Assembly (NCBI GenBank): GCA_035387885.1
Contig: DAOOOW010000002.1
Span: 7,869 to 71,868, forward strand
DNA: 64,000 nucleotides
Direction: 5' to 3'
Origin: a bacterium
GTDB lineage: Bacteria; Patescibacteriota; Patescibacteriia; UBA2196
How positions within the stretch are numbered: position 1 is the first letter of the stretch; each line of letters opens with the position of its first letter. Shown one piece after another: positions 63,345-64,000 of this stretch. The position numbers and the translations under genes are program-made. The notes below the pieces were generated by a model. The model made no database searches and had not been told where the DNA came from. It saw only the letters and a program-made list of their open reading frames with translations.

Positions 63345-64000
63345 TTATAATTCTAGGTTTTTTTGTTTTATAAGTTTTTGAAGATGGTTTAGAAAATCTG
63401 TTTTGGAAAATTCTTGAGCCTCTTTTTGGCCACGTTTTCTAATTTGTAATTTGTCTGAAGCCATTTCTTTGTCGCCAATAACCAACATGTAGGGAATTTT
63501 TTCTGCCACAGCTTTGCGAATTTTATTGCCCACAGTTTCATTTTCATCCCAGACTTCCACTCGCATTTCTTCAGCCTTAAATTCTTCAGCCAATTTTCTA
63601 CAATGTTCAATATGTTTTTCACCCACAGAAATTATAACCATTTGGGTAGGCGAGAGCCACAAAGGAAACGCCCCAGCGTAATGTTCAATCAAGACTCCTA
63701 GAAATCTTTCAAATGAACCAAAAAGAGCTCGGTGCAACATATAGGGTTGTTCGTCTTCACCTTGGTTATTAGTAAAAGTCATAGCAAATCTTTCTGGTAA
63801 ATTAAAATCAAATTGTAAAGTAGAACATTGCCATTCGCGACCCAAAGCGTCTTTGACTTTAAAATCCAATTTTGGTCCGTAGAAAACCGCTCCACCAATA
63901 TCTTTTTGGTAATTTAATTTTTTTTCTTGAGCCACGCGTTCTAAGACATTTTCGGTAAATTTCCATCCTTCGTCATTACCAGCGTATTTGCTGTTTTGTG
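63345..64000 (-). CDS. thrS: Threonine--tRNA ligase, C-terminal part (gene continues beyond the window end)
   Basis: Class II motif 3 region and anticodon-binding domain (MVIISVGEKHIEHCRKLAEEF...IPYMLVIGDKE). The minus-strand frame is open to position 64000. Confidence 0.85.
   Translation of the reverse strand, partial: QNSKYAGNDEGWKFTENVLERVAQEKKLNYQKDIGGAVFYGPKLDFKVKDALGREWQCSTLQFDFNLPERFAMTFTNNQGEDEQPYMLHRALFGSFERFLGVLIEHYAGAFPLWLSPTQMVIISVGEKHIEHCRKLAEEFKAEEMRVEVWDENETVGNKIRKAVAEKIPYMLVIGDKEMASDKLQIRKRGQKEAQEFSKTDFLNHLQKLIKQKNLEL

Overview
This is an AT-rich bacterial chromosomal segment dense with housekeeping genes; the gene content and compositional style look like a small-genome, CPR/Patescibacteria-type organism, which is inference only. 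Recognisable genes are:
- Aminoacyl-tRNA synthetases: dimeric glyQS, metG, pheS, pheT, and a partial thrS at the window end.
- Ribosomal proteins S20, L19, L11, L1 and L25, plus secE-nusG.
- gyrB, RNase Y with a YmdB-like phosphoesterase, HU, ClpP, RbfA, NrnA, TatD, RsmI, the CCA-adding enzyme, gatC-gatA, prs, and a dut / nucleotide kinase / dCMP deaminase module.
- Three NUDIX genes.
- Two cell-envelope glycan clusters: (a) Wzx flippase, GT4, GT2, a MurG-like gene, an AmgK-like kinase fused to a RapZ C-terminal domain, and a MurU-like nucleotidyltransferase; (b) GT2, an O-antigen-ligase-like gene, GT2, GT2.
- A peptidoglycan-peptide cluster (MraY-like, VanX-like, M14 carboxypeptidase) lying between pheS and pheT.

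There are nine intact tRNAs: Leu-TAA, Leu-GAG, Val-TAC, Ala-TGC, Glu-CTC, Phe-GAA, Ile-TAT, Asp-GTC, and five tRNA fragments. I found no rRNA, no CRISPR array and no transposase, integrase or reverse transcriptase.

The most unusual features:
1. A heterogeneous family of short GC-rich palindromic repeats recurs through the window. Shared cores include TGTCATCC...GGATGACA, GTTTATCCCGAG...CTCGAGATAAAC, CGCTCCAGTC-N4-GACTGGAGCG and CGCTCCGGCGGATAAACTC. Copies sit in intergenic DNA and also in-frame inside at least a dozen conserved genes, in the manner of Rickettsia palindromic elements.
2. At two loci an intact tRNA gene (Ile-UAU, Asp-GUC) is embedded, with short flanks (about 158 and 164 bp in total), between the overlapping 5' and 3' portions of a second, variant copy of the same tRNA. 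A third locus (Ala) has a 3' fragment only.
3. A minus-strand unit has a consensus promoter, then a GC-rich structured RNA of about 165 nt, then an intrinsic terminator, then a strong RBS and a 99-aa ORF. This is riboswitch/attenuator-like, or alternatively an sRNA.
4. One predicted protein fuses an AmgK-like anomeric sugar kinase to the RapZ C-terminal domain.
5. Several other repeat families recur: a 70-bp element with an SD-containing hairpin, AATTCGC/TTTGTAATAATTCG boxes upstream of rplK, rplA, hup and others, and AT-rich promoter-proximal repeats.
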